A DNA stretch of 64,000 bases, taken from the NCBI RefSeq assembly GCF_009914755.1, contig NC_060926.1; one strand, given 5' to 3'. How positions within the stretch are numbered: the stretch's first letter is position 1; every line of letters starts with the position of its first letter. This DNA is from the human T2T-CHM13v2.0 reference genome, Homo sapiens. The position numbers were made by a program, and so were the translations under genes. This document shows positions 26,537 through 41,749 of the stretch, piece after piece. The notes beneath the pieces were generated by a model. It worked only from the letters and a program-made list of their open reading frames with translations. It was not told the origin of the DNA and did no database searches.

Positions 26537-26944
26537 TGAGCTTTTGATAACAATTCTTGTTTTTCCATCCATTCTTCAGTTCAATTCTGAGTCTTCAATC
26601 GCATTTTTTCCATGCATCCCTAGACCCATCCTGGTATACTTTGGGATATACCACGGCTGAGAAAAGAGGTGGCCTATAATGCCAATAGGAATACCACAGC
26701 TTTATTTAAAAATCCCTTATTTAATTATAGCCAAAACTTCAGCTGTGTAATGATTCCGGTTTGTGCTACATGTGCAGAGGTTAGTGATGCGAATTAGTAG
26801 GAGACTAGCATTCTTTGTTGGGCTCTGAAATGAATGAGAAGTGCTTGAGACATCTATCTAGGATCAGCACTTGAGATGGAGGAAAACACTATTCAACCTC
26901 CTTTTCAGAGTTGCTTAATTTTACTTTGCTGAATTTTTTCTTCT

Positions 26945-27558
<614 letters not shown>

Positions 27559-27664
27559 TCAAATATATATATATCTCCACCAGAACCTTTTCCTCATTTA
27601 AACAATGAAGTACTAGATCTTTCAATAGTGGAAAGATAATTGCCTCTAAAAACCACATATTGCT

Positions 27665-27955
27665 GCTAGGTGCCATGGCTCATGCTGGTAATCCCAGCAC
27701 CTTTGGGAAGCCAAGGTGGGCAGAGTGCTTGAGTCTAGGCATTTGAGACCAGCTTGGGCAATATGGCAAAACCTCATCTTTACAAAAAATACAAAAATTA
27801 GCCAGGTATGGTGGTGTGTAACTGCAGTCCCAGATACTCAAGAGGCTGAGGTGGGAGGATCGCTTGAGCCCGGGAGGTCAAGGCTGCAGTGAAGTGTGAT
27901 CACACCACTGTACTCCAGCCTGGGTGACAGTGTGAGCCTTTGTCTCAAAACAAAA
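27665..27955 (+). mobile_element. AluJ
   Basis: gagcccgggaggtcaaggctgcagtg; ~150 nt from the exon 25 donor. Confidence 0.9.
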
Positions 27956-28103
27956 TTTAAAAACCCCGACATATTCCATGAAATTTACTGGAGTAAGATT
28001 TTCAGTTCTTCTGTTTGTTTTAGTCTGCTGTGAGAGAAGCTATGCACAATAAAAAATGTCGCTTTCCATCACCCAGTCCTGGCAGTTGGGACTGAACACT
28101 TAC

Positions 28104-28330
28104 ATCTTGACTGAAGAGTCCGATCCATAAGGAAGAGTTGTGAAGGAGCGCCTGCACACTGAGGAATGCCTGCTGGTAAGGGTCCGTGATGCTCACCAGC
28201 TGCATGTTACTTTTCAGACACTCCCTTTTAGCACTGTGCCAAGTCAGAGTCTTTGGGATTATTTTGTACAGATTATTTAGATACTTTACAGTTTCTGAAG
28301 CATTCTGCAACGTCTGTCTGCTTTTAACTT
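28104..28330 (-). CDS. LY75: LY75 exon ~25 (CTLD7 first half)
   Basis: 227 nt, phase 1->0; (E)VKSRQTLQNASETVKYLNNLYKIIPKTLTWHSAKRECLKSNMQLVSITDPYQQAFLSVQALLHNSSLWIGLFSQD; CAG / GTAAGT. Confidence 0.97.
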
Positions 28331-29619
28331 CTGCATGTAAAAGAAAACAACAACAACAACAAACCCTTCCCCACACTCTGCAAGTTATGGGACATTTTTT
28401 TCACATTTCTCCCCATACTAATCTAATTTAGATATTATTTGCCTATTTATTTTAGATTTTGGGTGAGAGAATTAGGTATGTCTTGCTGTATACCTTAAGT
28501 AAAATGTGTGAGCTGCAACATTTGTTTTCTAAAATCAGAACAACATTCTGTTTCATTTTTCTGATTTATGAAGAGAATATCTGCAAATAAATGTAACCTG
28601 CATTATCATGTCATGTCGGTGCTAAATACCTCTTTTGTTTGAAGGAAATAAATGTATTAAGTATCCCCTTACAAAGTTTTCACCTGGGAGAGCTAGCATG
28701 AAGAAATGTAAGAAACCATCCACAAGAGGAGGTATTTGAATTATTGCTTTATAGTACTTCGCTAATAAAGGAGTTAGTTAAAAACATGGAAAAAATGGGT
28801 AAAGATTAATTTAGCAAAAAAAAATTCTGCCAAAGCACATGAGATATCTACTTACAGTTCTCATTATATGACAAAATTTTTTCTTGATCATTTGTTAAAA
28901 ACACATTGTGATCAATGAAAAATAATGTAATACTTTTTTAAAAATATATTTTTCAAAATATGGATGATTCCTACTTTTAAGTATGCATTCTACTTTTATT
29001 TGGATTATGGAAAGGCATAGACAGTGATCTGTTTATAATGTTTCAAACCCCCACTTGTTTATTTGTTAATGCTAAATTTAACAGTGAATACTATTAGTGG
29101 ACTTAATACTCAATACTGCACTCAATTAAAAATATGAAGTTTTTTTCTCCTTTTCCCATAATAAAATGTAAAATCTGAAAAATGCCAGAGTAGAAAAAAG
29201 AACAAAATTCAATTACTATAATGGGATAACTACTATTAACAAATTCCATCAGATACAATTAATTAATTTAATTAATTATGGCAATGATCCTTTAAAAAAA
29301 TCACATTCCATTTGATAAACTCTGACTCACTAACCCAATATGGATTTAGCCATGCTGAAATTTTAAGCCATATGATTATAAATTAATATAAATTCTTTTA
29401 TAGTATTAAAAAATTTTTTCGGCTTTTATTTTAGATACAGGGGGTACATGTGTAGGATTGTTACATGGTGTATTGGACCCAGGTGGTAAGCATACTACCC
29501 AATAGGTAATTTTTCAACCTATGTTCCCCTCCCTCCCTATAGAAAGTGACTCTCTCTCTCTCTCTATATATATATGTAATAGCATAAAGTACCATAGTTA
29601 TCTAGATAATAATTGTTAC

Positions 29620-29749
29620 CTGAATATTTCTGACAGAGAGACACAAAGTGGCGTTCACTGCAGGATGTAAAATTCCACGTCCCAGTAAACGGTGATTTTT
29701 GGAGGTTGAGTATTAGGGCACAGTGGTAGCGAGACTCTTCCTCAAAAAA
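29620..29749 (-). CDS. LY75: LY75 exon ~24 (end of CTLD6)
   Basis: 130 nt, phase 0->1; FFEEESRYHCALILNLQKSPFTGTWNFTSCSERHFVSLCQKYS; TAG / GTAACA. Confidence 0.97.
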
Positions 29750-32184
29750 CTAAACAAAAAGGCAAATACATACATGCAATCATGTAACAATGGTCTGAAG
29801 CTCCTAGCAAGAAAAGTTTAGATTCTAGATTGAATTTGTCCCCCTATAAAAGAATTCCATGAAGGACCTGACCATGACATTTCCTAGAAAATCTTTAAAA
29901 ACTTTCAAAGCATGGATAAAGGGCAATTAACTTTATAAAAAACAAAATAGTGGCAATCTTGATAAACATATTTTTAAAGAGATAAACTATTAGAAATAAG
30001 ATAAAACACCTCCAGCAATATTTAACACTAGACTACAGTATAAGCAAAACATAATGATTATTAATTCAACTTATTAGATTTTTATAGACTTTTTGTAACA
30101 AGTTGTGTACCACATAACAGAATATACCTTAAAGCTCTGATCCTATACTAGTCACTATAAAAATCTCCATATATTAAAACAGAAGTATCTAGATTTCATT
30201 TTCTAATCACAATCAATAATATTAGATATGAAAATTTATTCCAAGTATATTATCCCTATCATTTTCTGTATGTTTGAAACATATCACACTTAGAAAAATA
30301 AGAAAAGTAAGTTTATACCAGGAGATACTGACAAAAAAAAATGCTACTCAATAAATAGTAAACCAAAAATGAACTAAAATAATTATAGGAAAGAATAAAA
30401 TGAGAAATGTCAAAAAAATTGGTATGAGTAAAACTTTATGTGGAGCCAAATGTGTATTATTAAATATATTCTCTTTTTTTTAAAGGAAATATGAACTGAA
30501 TTCAATATAGGAGATTGGAAAATGAACAAAAACAGAACCCCACGAAAAATGGGGTAGAAAAAGGTAGAAATAGTATTTATAACACAGGTCAAGCAATAGG
30601 AGTAGAGGGTGGAGAAGAGAGTGGACAAAACCAATAACATGCATCTGTTTTTGTAAAAATGTAAATAATGCAAACTAAAAATGTTAGCAAAGATAATGGA
30701 GATTTTTTAAATACCATAAGCAACTTTACTTCAATACATTTGAAAATCTAAATTAAATAGACAACTTTCTTGAAAAATGCCAATTAGCATAATTGTCATA
30801 AGGAAAAATGGAAATACCAAAATGTAACAATCACTTTGAAGGAAATGGAAAATTAATAATGGCCATTTTTTTTTTTTACTGTCTGTCAGGTACTATTGAT
30901 AAAGCTTTAAATAAATTATCTTATATAATCCTTATATTGACCTTATAAGGTAATGCAACAGAATTAGAGCTTGCAGATAAGAAATTGAGGCTTAAGAAAA
31001 GTTAAGTAAACCTCCAAAGGCATAGTAAATGGCTGAACTGGAATTCAAACCTAGGCAATCTGACTCCAGAGCTTGGGCCCTTCACTGCTGCACCAAATTC
31101 CTTTATCATTAGAGTATGATCTCTGCAAAGAACAATGTAGTGTATATTTCAAGACACATAGAAGAGAAGGTTTTGAATGTTATCTTTACAAAGAAAAGAT
31201 AAATGTTTAAAGTGAGGAATATGGTAATTACCCTGATCAGATTGTTTATACAACACATGCATGCATTGAAACATCACACTGCACCTGATAAATTGGTACA
31301 ATTATTATGAGTCAATTATAAATAAGGAATAATTAAAATTTTTTAAAAAGCAAAAATGCTCCTGGATAAGGGTTCTAACATTTTGTAGGTAGTTCCCCCA
31401 AACTTTCAGAGAAAGAGAATTCCCCAAGCTGAGTCAGAATTTCAGAACACAGAAAAGATGGAAAGCTACCCAGTCATTTTATGAGGCTAACATGATCAGA
31501 AAAAAATATGACAATATAGCATAAGAAATTGACTCTATGAAGAGAGAGGAACACATTCCCAAGTAAAATTCTAACAAATATAATGCAGAATAGTAAAATA
31601 TTAATCCACTCTGAGCACCCAGATTTTACAACAAGAATGTAAAATGGTTTAATACAATATCTACTAATATATACCACGTACAAATAGGCCTAATGGTAAA
31701 AAAAAAAAAAAAAAACTATATGGCAATCTTAACAGATGCTGGGAACAAGTTTTAGAAAACCCAGTACTTATTCCTGATTAAAAGTTCTAAACAAGCTAGT
31801 TATAGAATGCTATATCTTAAACCAAGAGTCAACATAATGTTTAACAACCTGTTGAGGTCCAGATCAAGTCTACAATGGTGGCTACTACTGCTCCTGGTAT
31901 TTGCCATGGAAATTCTGGAAATTCTAGCATATGTGGTGAGGCATGAAATGAAAACGAGAGAGGTAACTATAGGAACGAGGGTCACTGTTGCTTGTATATT
32001 ATTATTAGCTACTTAGGAAACCCAAGAAAATCCAATGAAAAACTCAGAGAGAAAGAGCTTTTAGTGAGACAGATGCCTATGGGGAAAAAAAAAACCCATA
32101 ACAAATTCAAACAATAGCTTCCCCACAAATCAGTAAGAAAAATTTTTTAAAGCTGTCATTCTTTTTTTTTTTTTTTAAATTTCA

Positions 32185-32450
32185 GCTTTTATTTTAGATA
32201 TGGGGGCACATGTGTAGGATTGTTAAATGGGTGTGTTGGACCCAGGTAGTGAGCACAGTACCCAGGAGGTAGTTTTTCAACCCAGGTCCCCCTCCCTCCC
32301 TCTCCCCTGTGCTCAGTGTTTAACCTCCACTTGTACGTTAGAACATGCAGTATTTGGTTTTGGGTTCCTGTGTTAATTTGCTTAGGATTATGGCCTCCAG
32401 CTCCATCCATGTTGCTCCAAAGGACATGATTCCATTCTTTTTATAGCTAA
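32185..32450 (-). mobile_element. Short L1P 3'-end fragment (a related ~120-bp piece lies at ~29420-29540)
   Basis: ttttattttagata...cacatgtgtaggattgtt...tggacccagg; tgttaatttgcttaggattatggcctccagctccatccatg. Confidence 0.8.
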
Positions 32451-32759
32451 AGTTGCCATTGTTAATGACAATGAGAAAGAGATGGAACTATAAAACTTCA
32501 CAGAGTGATCTAAAGGAAGAGTTGAATAAATAGATATATCAAATTCATGAATTGGAAGATTAATAGAAAGATGTCAATTCTCCCAAACATGTAGTCAAAT
32601 TCTCATCAAGAGTTTTAAAATTTTAACTATTTGGATGAAAAATGACTAATAATTCTAAAGTTTTCCTGGAAAAATGGACAAGAATATCTAAAAGTATGTT
32701 TTAAGGGCATGTAATAAAGTATAATTAATCCTATTATAGTTTTTAAAAATATGGTAAAA

Positions 32760-33233
32760 TTATAATATTTAGATCAGTATGGTAGCTATTTAAAAATATT
32801 TCTCATATATATAATATGTGTATGTGTGTATATAACATATCAATACAGTCAGCCCTTCATATCCGTGGGTTCTGAATCTGGATTCAACCAACTGCAGATG
32901 GAAAATATTTGAGAAAAAATTTTTTTTGTCTGTACTGAACATGTAGACTTTTTTGTCATTATTCCCTAAAAAATACAGTATAACAACTATTTACATAGCA
33001 TTTACATTGTATTAGCTATTATAGGTAATCTAGAGATGATTTAAGTATACAGGAGGATGTAGGTTAAAAAATTTTTTTTCTCAAATATTTGCCACCTGCA
33101 GTTGGTCGAATCCAGATTCAGAACCCATGGATATGAAGGGCTGACTGTATTTGTATGTTATATACACACATACACACATTATGTATATGAGAAATATTTT
33201 TAAATAGCTACCATACTGATATAAATATTATAA
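32760..33233. repeat. Long inverted repeat: arms 32760-32927 and 33066-33233, ~138-bp spacer
   Basis: Hand alignment of the reverse complement gives ~11 mismatches in 168 bp. Confidence 0.95.
32846..33147 (+). mobile_element. MER2-like TcMar-Tigger MITE with a rearranged right end
   Basis: TA|cagtcagcccttcatatccgtgggttc...tctgtactgaacatgta...ttacatagcatttacattgtattag...gggctgactg|TA. Confidence 0.88.
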
Positions 33234-33334
33234 AATACAGTATATATATATACACATACACATATATATGCATACACACACAGTCCTAATATATGATAAA
33301 AGAGGCATCCTATATTGCTATATTGTTTTCTCTC

Positions 33335-33450
33335 TCTTTTTTTTTTAAACATAGACAGGGTTTTGCTGTGTTGCCCAGGCTGGTCTCTGGTCTCAAATTC
33401 CTGGGCTCAAGTGATCCTCCTGCCTCAGCCTCCCAAAGTGCTAGCCCAGG
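33335..33450 (-). mobile_element. Alu monomer fragment
   Basis: ttgcccaggctggtctc...ctcaagtgatcctcctgcctcagcctcccaaagtgct. Confidence 0.8.
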
Positions 33451-33612
33451 CCTATATTGTTTTTAACAAATGAAAGTATATGTAATAAATGATGCTAGAA
33501 CAAGTGGCTAGGATTAGGGAAAATAATTAAGCATGCACTGACAACATGTATCATATACCATGGATGTAACATGCTATCAGAAAGGGGGAAAAAAAAACAC
33601 ACAAAAAACAGA

Positions 33613-33906
33613 GGCTGGGTGTGGTGACTCCTGCTTGTAATCCCAGCACTTTGGAAGGACCATGTGGGAGGATCACTTGAAGCCAGGGGTTCCAGACCAG
33701 CCTGGGCAACACAATGAGACCCTGTCTCTACAAAAAAATTAGAAAATGTAGCTGCGCATGGTGGTGCGCTCCTGCAGTCCTAGCTACTTGGAAGGCTCAG
33801 GCAGGCGGATTGCTTGAGGTCAGGTTATAGTAAGTTATGAATGCACCACCACACTCCAGCCTGGGTGACAGAGTAAGACCCTGTGTCAGAAAAAACAACA
33901 AAAAAA
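33613..33906 (+). mobile_element. AluJ
   Basis: Diverged dimeric Alu. Confidence 0.9.
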
Positions 33907-34356
33907 GGCAACCTATGAAACAAAACTAGAAGAAAATATGGACATATATTTAACTAATATTTACAATTTACATGATGGACTTTCTAACCTAAAAGCAACA
34001 GAGGAAAAATAAAAAGGAAATATACAGATTTGAACATATTAAAAAATAGTCAAAATTTATTTCTGTAATATTTTTGGCATTCAGACTTAAAGAAAACTTA
34101 GGAAAGTATTTGCAATAAACACAAGAAATACAGGATCAGCATATTTGATATTTCCAAAGTCATAAAATCAATAAGAAATACATGAAGGGTTTGATAGATA
34201 AATTTGCAAAGAAAAAGAACACTCCCACTTGATGAACTATGAATGATTATTTAACTTATTGAAGTTTGTTTTCATTAGAAATCAGAGAAAGATCAATGAA
34301 AATACGATATCAAACTACCAAATTAAGAAGAATTTTAAAAACCAAGTGCTCTTTAA

Positions 34357-34868
<512 letters not shown>

Positions 34869-35361
34869 GAACCAGATGTCAACCGTGACTCTGCATGCAT
34901 AGGCTGCATGATCTCTGGCAAGTTACTGACTCCATCTTCACTTTTCTAAGGTGGGGCAGGGGTAACATCTTTATTTCATAGCTATTGGGCAAATTAAATG
35001 AAATAATGTATGTGATACATTAGCAGAGTGCCTGGCACATCTTAACTGCTTGATATATGTTGGAAATTAATAATATGCTGGTGAGGATAGAAGGACAATC
35101 ACAATATGCTGTGAATAGGAATGTAAATTCATAAACCTTTCTGGAAGCAAGTTGGTAATCAGAGCTTTATATTACCTATATCCTTTGATCTGGCTACATG
35201 ACTTCCAAAATCTCTCTGCAGGTAATGTGAAATATAGGCTAAGATTATACACAAAGGTGTTCATTGCAGCACTATTTATGATTGTGTAAAACTGGAAACA
35301 ACCTAACACCCAGCACTGGTTAGGTAAATGATGGCATATCAATCAAGAAATATTGTGCAAT

Positions 35362-35915
35362 CCAATTCGCAATTATAAAAATGTGGAACCAACCCAAATG
35401 CCCATCAGTCAATGAATGGATAAAGAAATTATGGTGTGTATATATATATATATATATACACACACATACACACACCATATATACGGTATATATATGGTGT
35501 GTATTTATATATGGTGTGTGTGTGTGTATATATGTATATATATGTATGTATGTATATATATATGATGGAGGAATACTACTCAGCCATAAAAAGGAATGAA
35601 TTAATGGCATTCACAGCAACCTGGATGAGATTGGAGACTATTATTCTAAGTGAAGTAACTCAGTAATGGAAAACCAAACATCGTTATGTTCTCACTAATA
35701 AGTGGGAGCTAAGCTATGAGGATGCAAAGGCATAAGAATGACACAATGAACTTTGGGGGACTTAGGAGGAAAGGATGGGAAGGGGGTGAGGGATAAAATA
35801 CTACAAATTGAGTGCAGTGTATACTGCTCAGGTGATGGGTGCACCAAAATCTCACAAATCACCATTAAAGACTTTACTCGTGTAACCAAACACCACCTGT
35901 TCCCCAGCAACCATT
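35362..35915 (+). mobile_element. L1MA/PB-type 3' end with internal TA/TG-rich microsatellite
   Basis: Same subfamily motifs as 7555-8045; (TA)/(CA)/(TG) expansion at ~35435-35563. Confidence 0.88.
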
Positions 35916-37341
35916 AAAAAGCTTATCAAGTAGATCTTTTAATGGCTGAAGAAACTACTTATGATATAATACAAACTGAGAAAAGCAGAGTAATAGTATA
36001 TATACTATGATCTCACTTATATCAAGAAAACAGTGTATGGAAAAGCCCTAGAAGAAAAGATGCTCAAGTACTCATTGTAATTCCCTAGTCTAGGGCTCAA
36101 ATATGGTTGAGACTCATTTCGTATATCATGAAATCACTTAAGTGGATTTTGGCAAGTATTTGTGATAATGAAATAGAACAGAATAGGAGATAGTAGGATT
36201 GGACAGTAAAGGATAGGATAAGACAGGAGAATGGAACAAAATAGAAGAGAACGAACATATCAGAGTGCATAAATTATAAGGGTAAGTATTGTTTCTTGAA
36301 ACTTTTGTTTCAATTAATATTATATCTATATCTATGTACTAGATGGTGATTTAAATGTATTTCTTACTATAGATTATGCTTAAAAGTTTAAACTGTCTTA
36401 AGATTAGGGTTGACATTTTTCATTGCTGCGTTTACTCTAACTTCCACATCTTCTATAATAACCAAGTAATAATTTGATATTTATATTGTACATAGTTACT
36501 CACGATTGAGAACTTCCTTTGCTACCAACATCAACTTTGAGCAAAGTAACATTATGTCAGGAATATCAGTTGATTACTGTCTAAGACATACTTTTGGAAT
36601 TAGACTTTTATGTTAATTTCTCAATCTTTGCCCTTTGTGCAAAAGGTAATCTGCATCCAGAAAGTATAGAGAACAGAAGCAGTGGGCGGTAATACTGTGG
36701 TGTCAGCATAACTACTGTCAGTATAATGCCCTCTTCCCTTCTCTGACTTCCCTATATTTAGCTCTTGGGGAAAAATGATCACCAGTTACCAATTTTGTAC
36801 TTTTTGCCTCAGGAGACTGAGGCTGAGAGCCCAAAGTCCCAAAATGTAAAGCAAAACATCTGTATTTGCTTCTATTTACAACTCACTACATGATGGTTTT
36901 ATATGGTTATGAAATAAGTGCTATGGAATCTGATGCTACTGTGAAAAACCAGTACATCCATCAGAAGGCTGGGGAGGCACCTGTTGTTCTTGCAACAGCT
37001 TTACTGAGCTATAATTCATATATGAGACAATTCGCTCATTTAAAGTACATATTCAATAGTTTTTAGTATATTCACAGAGTTACACAACCATCACCCCATA
37101 AATCTTAGAACATTTTCGCCATCCCCAAAAGAAACTCCATACTCTTTAGGCACTATTCTCAATCCTTCCATCCCCCGTAGCCTCTAGCAATCACTAACCT
37201 ACTTACTATCTTAGATGTGCCTATTCTGGACATTTCATACAAATGGAATAATACAGTGGGGTTTTGCTTAGTCCAAAAATGTATGAAAGACTCAAGTATT
37301 TCACAGAGGTATGAAGAGTATTGGTTTTTAAAAAAACTTAC

Positions 37342-37502
37342 ATTTTCTGGTATTCTCAGCCTCCCACTAACCAATAATGGGTGAAAGTTACTGTACGTCA
37401 GCTCTCTGTTATCTGTCCATTTGTTTATCTTTTCATAGGCAGTCCAGCGCAAACCAATCCATAAAGTAGCTTCCATATCCGGAAGCAAGGATGTAATAAA
37501 GT
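37342..37502 (-). CDS. LY75: LY75 exon ~23 (CTLD6)
   Basis: 161 nt, phase 1->0; (D)FITSLLPDMEATLWIGLRWTAYEKINKWTDNRELTYSNFHPLLVSGRLRIPEN; CAG / GTAAGT. Confidence 0.97.
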
Positions 37503-37723
37503 CTGTTAGAAAGAGATTTTTAAAAAGCATTTGATTTATTCAAATTAAAGATACATTAAAAATGTCAATGAATATATTTTGTTTATCTATCAACATAGTC
37601 TTTTATCTGTTCCATAACAAAAGAAGTTTAATAAGAATTTTTGTATGTTAATTCCCCATAGCCTCCTAAAACTAACCTGGCCCCAGATCAGAATAAAACA
37701 TGTTTCCCAAATAATTCCAGTAC

Positions 37724-37829
37724 CTTGTTCAATCTGGCTCAACACTGAAGGAAGGGTGCCACCATAGGAGTGACAGGTATCGCTTGCTTGAGAAAATGTG
37801 AGAGACACGGGTTTGATCTTTAGAAAACA
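37724..37829 (-). CDS. LY75: LY75 exon ~22 (CTLD6)
   Basis: 106 nt, phase 0->1; CFLKIKPVSLTFSQASDTCHSYGGTLPSVLSQIEQ; CAG / GTACTG. Confidence 0.97.
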
Positions 37830-38131
37830 CTGCAAACAAAGACATATGTGAAGCATGAGATTCCAGACACAGGAACGCTCACATAGGAAGTAAAATGCTT
37901 CATCTTTTAGAGGGCTGCTAATTTTCGGTCTGTGAGATATGGTAATTTGCAATGTAGTACCATAAGAATTCAAGTTTATGCTCTCATTAATTATTTAATT
38001 TTTTAAGAGACAGAGTCTCTCTCTGTTGCACAGGCCGGAGTGCAGTGGTGCAATCATAGCTCACTGTAACCTTGAGCTTCCAGGCTCAAGCTACCTTCTC
38101 AATTGAAACAACTGAAGAGCGGTCTTCAAAC

Positions 38132-38135
<4 letters not shown>

Positions 38136-38186
<51 letters not shown>

Positions 38187-38265
38187 TATATTATATCTTA
38201 TATATAAGATATATATTGTATATTATATCTTTAATATATATTTTATATTATATCTTTATATATTT
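38136..38265. repeat. (TA)n microsatellite plus AT-rich low-complexity tail, after a partial Alu at ~37998-38095
   Basis: Pure TA run 38136-38181. Confidence 0.95.
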
Positions 38266-39592
38266 AAAGATCTCTCATTTATTGAGTGCTTCCTATGTGT
38301 TAAGCAGTTTGTGTAGTATTATCTCATTTAATTCTCACAATGGAGACAGAAACTGAGGCACAGGGACATTAAATAACTTCATCCATAAGTGAAATAGCCA
38401 CACAATAGTAAGGTCAGTATCTGTACTCTGTTCCACCTAATTTCAAAATCTGTGTCCTTAATCATCATCTCCTTATGTCAAGAAACACTGTTGAAAAATT
38501 CATCTCTTTCTTGGCAGGATATTTTAATTCAAATTTATATCAGCTATGCAAATTAACACAGTACTATTACCTTGAGGAATTAAAAAGATTGTCCTAATTT
38601 TAAAAAGTTAAAATGTACCCCTAGCTTTACTACAGATGCTTTCAGCTGTCAGACACATCTCTTTTTTCCCTTTTTCACATTATGATCACTTTAGTGTAGA
38701 GTGGTATGTCCCAAATTGTGTTCCTTGAAATATCTTACAAAAAAAAATTTTTTTTCAGCTTTCTTATAGACTGGAGTGGCCAATGAGCCAAGCTACCCAA
38801 TGTGGACAAACTCATCGGGTAACTTCTAGAAAAGACCCTAGAGAGAACACCCTGAATTTAAGCTCGGAAGCCTTATATTAAGGATGGCAGAGCAAAACCA
38901 AAAGAAGCCTGATTTTGAAGACTTCATGGTGTTTCCACATAAACCTGCTTATCTTCAAATGTCTTTAATGTGACAGAATAAATCTTTTCTCATACTGTAG
39001 CAACCTCTTTTCAGAAGCCAAATGCATTTCCTAATACATACATATACCAACATGGATTATGCATCTCAAAGAGGCAGATACAGAATGCAGCATTTCTCAA
39101 ACCTATTTAATCATAAAACCCCCATTTGGAGGCAAGATCAATGATTAACATTTTGTAGCATGTGTGTAGTCCCCAAAAAGTAGTTTGTGAAATGCTGGTC
39201 TAATTTGATTGGCAGATGCTGCTTGGATGCTCTCCTTGAGGGGAAAAAGAAAACACAAGCCAGAAATTAAGTCAGTTTCCTATAAGGCCATAGAGACAGT
39301 CCTGACTATTCAATGCATCCCAATCCATCAACAGATCAACTTAAGCAATTTAAGTGTTAGTAGCAACAAAATAGAAATGCTGCACTTTAAAAGACCTGTA
39401 GGCATGACCAACTTGAGAGTTAATTCTTGATATCATCCACGGTTTCTGGCAACACAGAGGGCCAGGTGGGATCCTGAAACATGCAGAGTCTATTTCAGTG
39501 ATGTTGTCACTAATGGGTTGCCATTGTGCCATAGGCTATAAAACCAGCATGGAAGCAATCATTGTTGCATAATGTAGCAATTCTCTTTTTAC

Positions 39593-39732
39593 CTTATTCT
39601 GAAAAGGAATCCATTGCTCAGAACATTGCACTTTAGCTGCAGAATCTGGGCTGTATTTCTCTAACGAAGAAACATTATATTTTTCACAGATGAAGGGCAA
39701 CTTGGTACTACAGTCTGTTGGTTTACCTAAGT
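39593..39732 (-). CDS. LY75: LY75 exon ~21 (end of CTLD5, start of CTLD6)
   Basis: 140 nt, phase 1->0; (D)LGKPTDCSTKLPFICEKYNVSSLEKYSPDSAAKVQCSEQWIPFQNK; CAG / GTAAAA. Confidence 0.97.
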
Positions 39733-39785
39733 CTGAGAAATGAAAAGCCAGGATTACTATGGTGAGAATTTTTCAGTCAGTACAT

Positions 39786-40136
<351 letters not shown>

Positions 40137-40662
40137 TAGTAAAGAAAGGCTCTTGAAATCAATCTTTCCTAAATGCTTAAAATATATTCCCTTTCTTCTC
40201 TAGCCATTTCTGTCTTCTATGATTATTTTTATCAGTAGGTTACAGCATACCAATACTGTCTATGAAACAGCACACATTTTGTGTGACTACCATACCATCC
40301 CAGGGTGAAGGCAGGAGGTAGGAAGAGAGTTGAAGGGGCAATGTAATCAGGGGGAGGGGACTTAAACTATATTTTAGAACTGCTGCCTGCTTATCTTTGA
40401 AAATTTGCTTAGACACTTATCAGTTAGGAAAGTGGTAAGTTTATTACTAAGTAACTGCTTTAGGATAAAGGAAGTTAAAATATTCACAGTGAAAAGTACC
40501 TTTATTTGCATTGGGAATTTGAGCTATTGTTGCTAATAATAAATCAGAATAAGATGAAATTACCAAACATATAATTAAAAGGAAAACAAGATTAAGCTAG
40601 AAACTGAACCTGAACTTCACATATTACATAATCAGCATTAAAGGATTTAGAATTAACTTTAC

Positions 40663-40742
40663 CGATAAGCCAAGTCTTGGCAGACATGTACAAGCATTCC
40701 TCTCCAAATGTCACAGGAAAGCGGTGCCATGGATATCGTGAG
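40663..40742 (-). CDS. LY75: LY75 exon ~20 (CTLD5)
   Basis: 80 nt, phase 2->1; (Y)SRYPWHRFPVTFGEECLYMSAKTWLI; TAG / GTAAAG. Confidence 0.96.
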
Positions 40743-41019
40743 CTAAAAGAAAATGACAGATTTGACAACTCGTAATGTAATTAGGTGTTCCATTTTTTTC
40801 TTTTTACTGTAAGTTATTTTATTTCTAAATTTAATGTTAATACCATTACTCTATACCCCTTTTTTCTTGATGCTAACATGCAAAAGGGCTTGGTTTCTCT
40901 AATTTAGGCAGTTTATGGATTAATATTCAAACTACTTATAAATAGAAATCCATTTAGTAAAAGGAACTGCTTCTTTTAAGTGATAACTTTACAAAGGTAG
41001 AATCAATGATGTCACCTAC

Positions 41020-41087
41020 TATGTAAAATGATCATCTATTGGCCACTCGCTAATTCTTATCCACCACTTCTGTCCATCACCAGATAT
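41020..41087 (-). CDS. LY75: LY75 exon ~19 (CTLD5)
   Basis: 68 nt, phase 0->2; ISGDGQKWWIRISEWPIDDHFT; CAG / GTAGGT. Confidence 0.96.
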
Positions 41088-41749
41088 CTGAAAAACAAGC
41101 CAAACATCCATCCTTATATGTGCTGAGCTTTCTTGAGGGTTTTGATTCGAATACATTGTCTTACTATAATCACTAACCACTAAAATTTCCAGACATTCCT
41201 TACTTAGATTTCAAAATTATACAAACTAGAACCTTTTGCCAAAGAGTAGTTGAAATTTCTCAGTATATTTACAGATCCTATTGTGGGTACAGGAAATATG
41301 GTAGCTGTAATTATGGGCATATATTAATTAGACTAATACTTTAAGTGGGCATACAGTATCCTATTGCAATTGATTATAAATTTAAAAATACAGAAATTAT
41401 TTTTCTTCCCAAAAATTATTTTGCAAAGTTACTTATTAGTAGAAACAGAAACTCAAGTTAACTATAAAGTTGACTTTTAGTAAAAAATGTGACAGGAAAT
41501 TAGAATGATCTATATTATCTACTGATGTTTACCTTATAAAGTGACATTTATTATTAATCTTGTATATTTTAAAACATAAGCAATTCTACTTAATTTTTCT
41601 AACATGAAACAAATTTGGATGCTGTGAGGCAGATTTTACATTAAAGAAAAATTTAACTTTTGTAGATTTTGGCAAAATTTTTGTAATATTTTTAAATGGA
41701 ATAAATACAAAAATAAGAAATATATTTAAAATATATTCTTTTAAATTAC

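Noticed and set aside
37159-37973. ORF-track extensions beyond LY75 exon boundaries (also at 4116, 28020, 59840)
   Set aside because: Read-through into intron; canonical GT/AG sites and phase continuity define shorter exons
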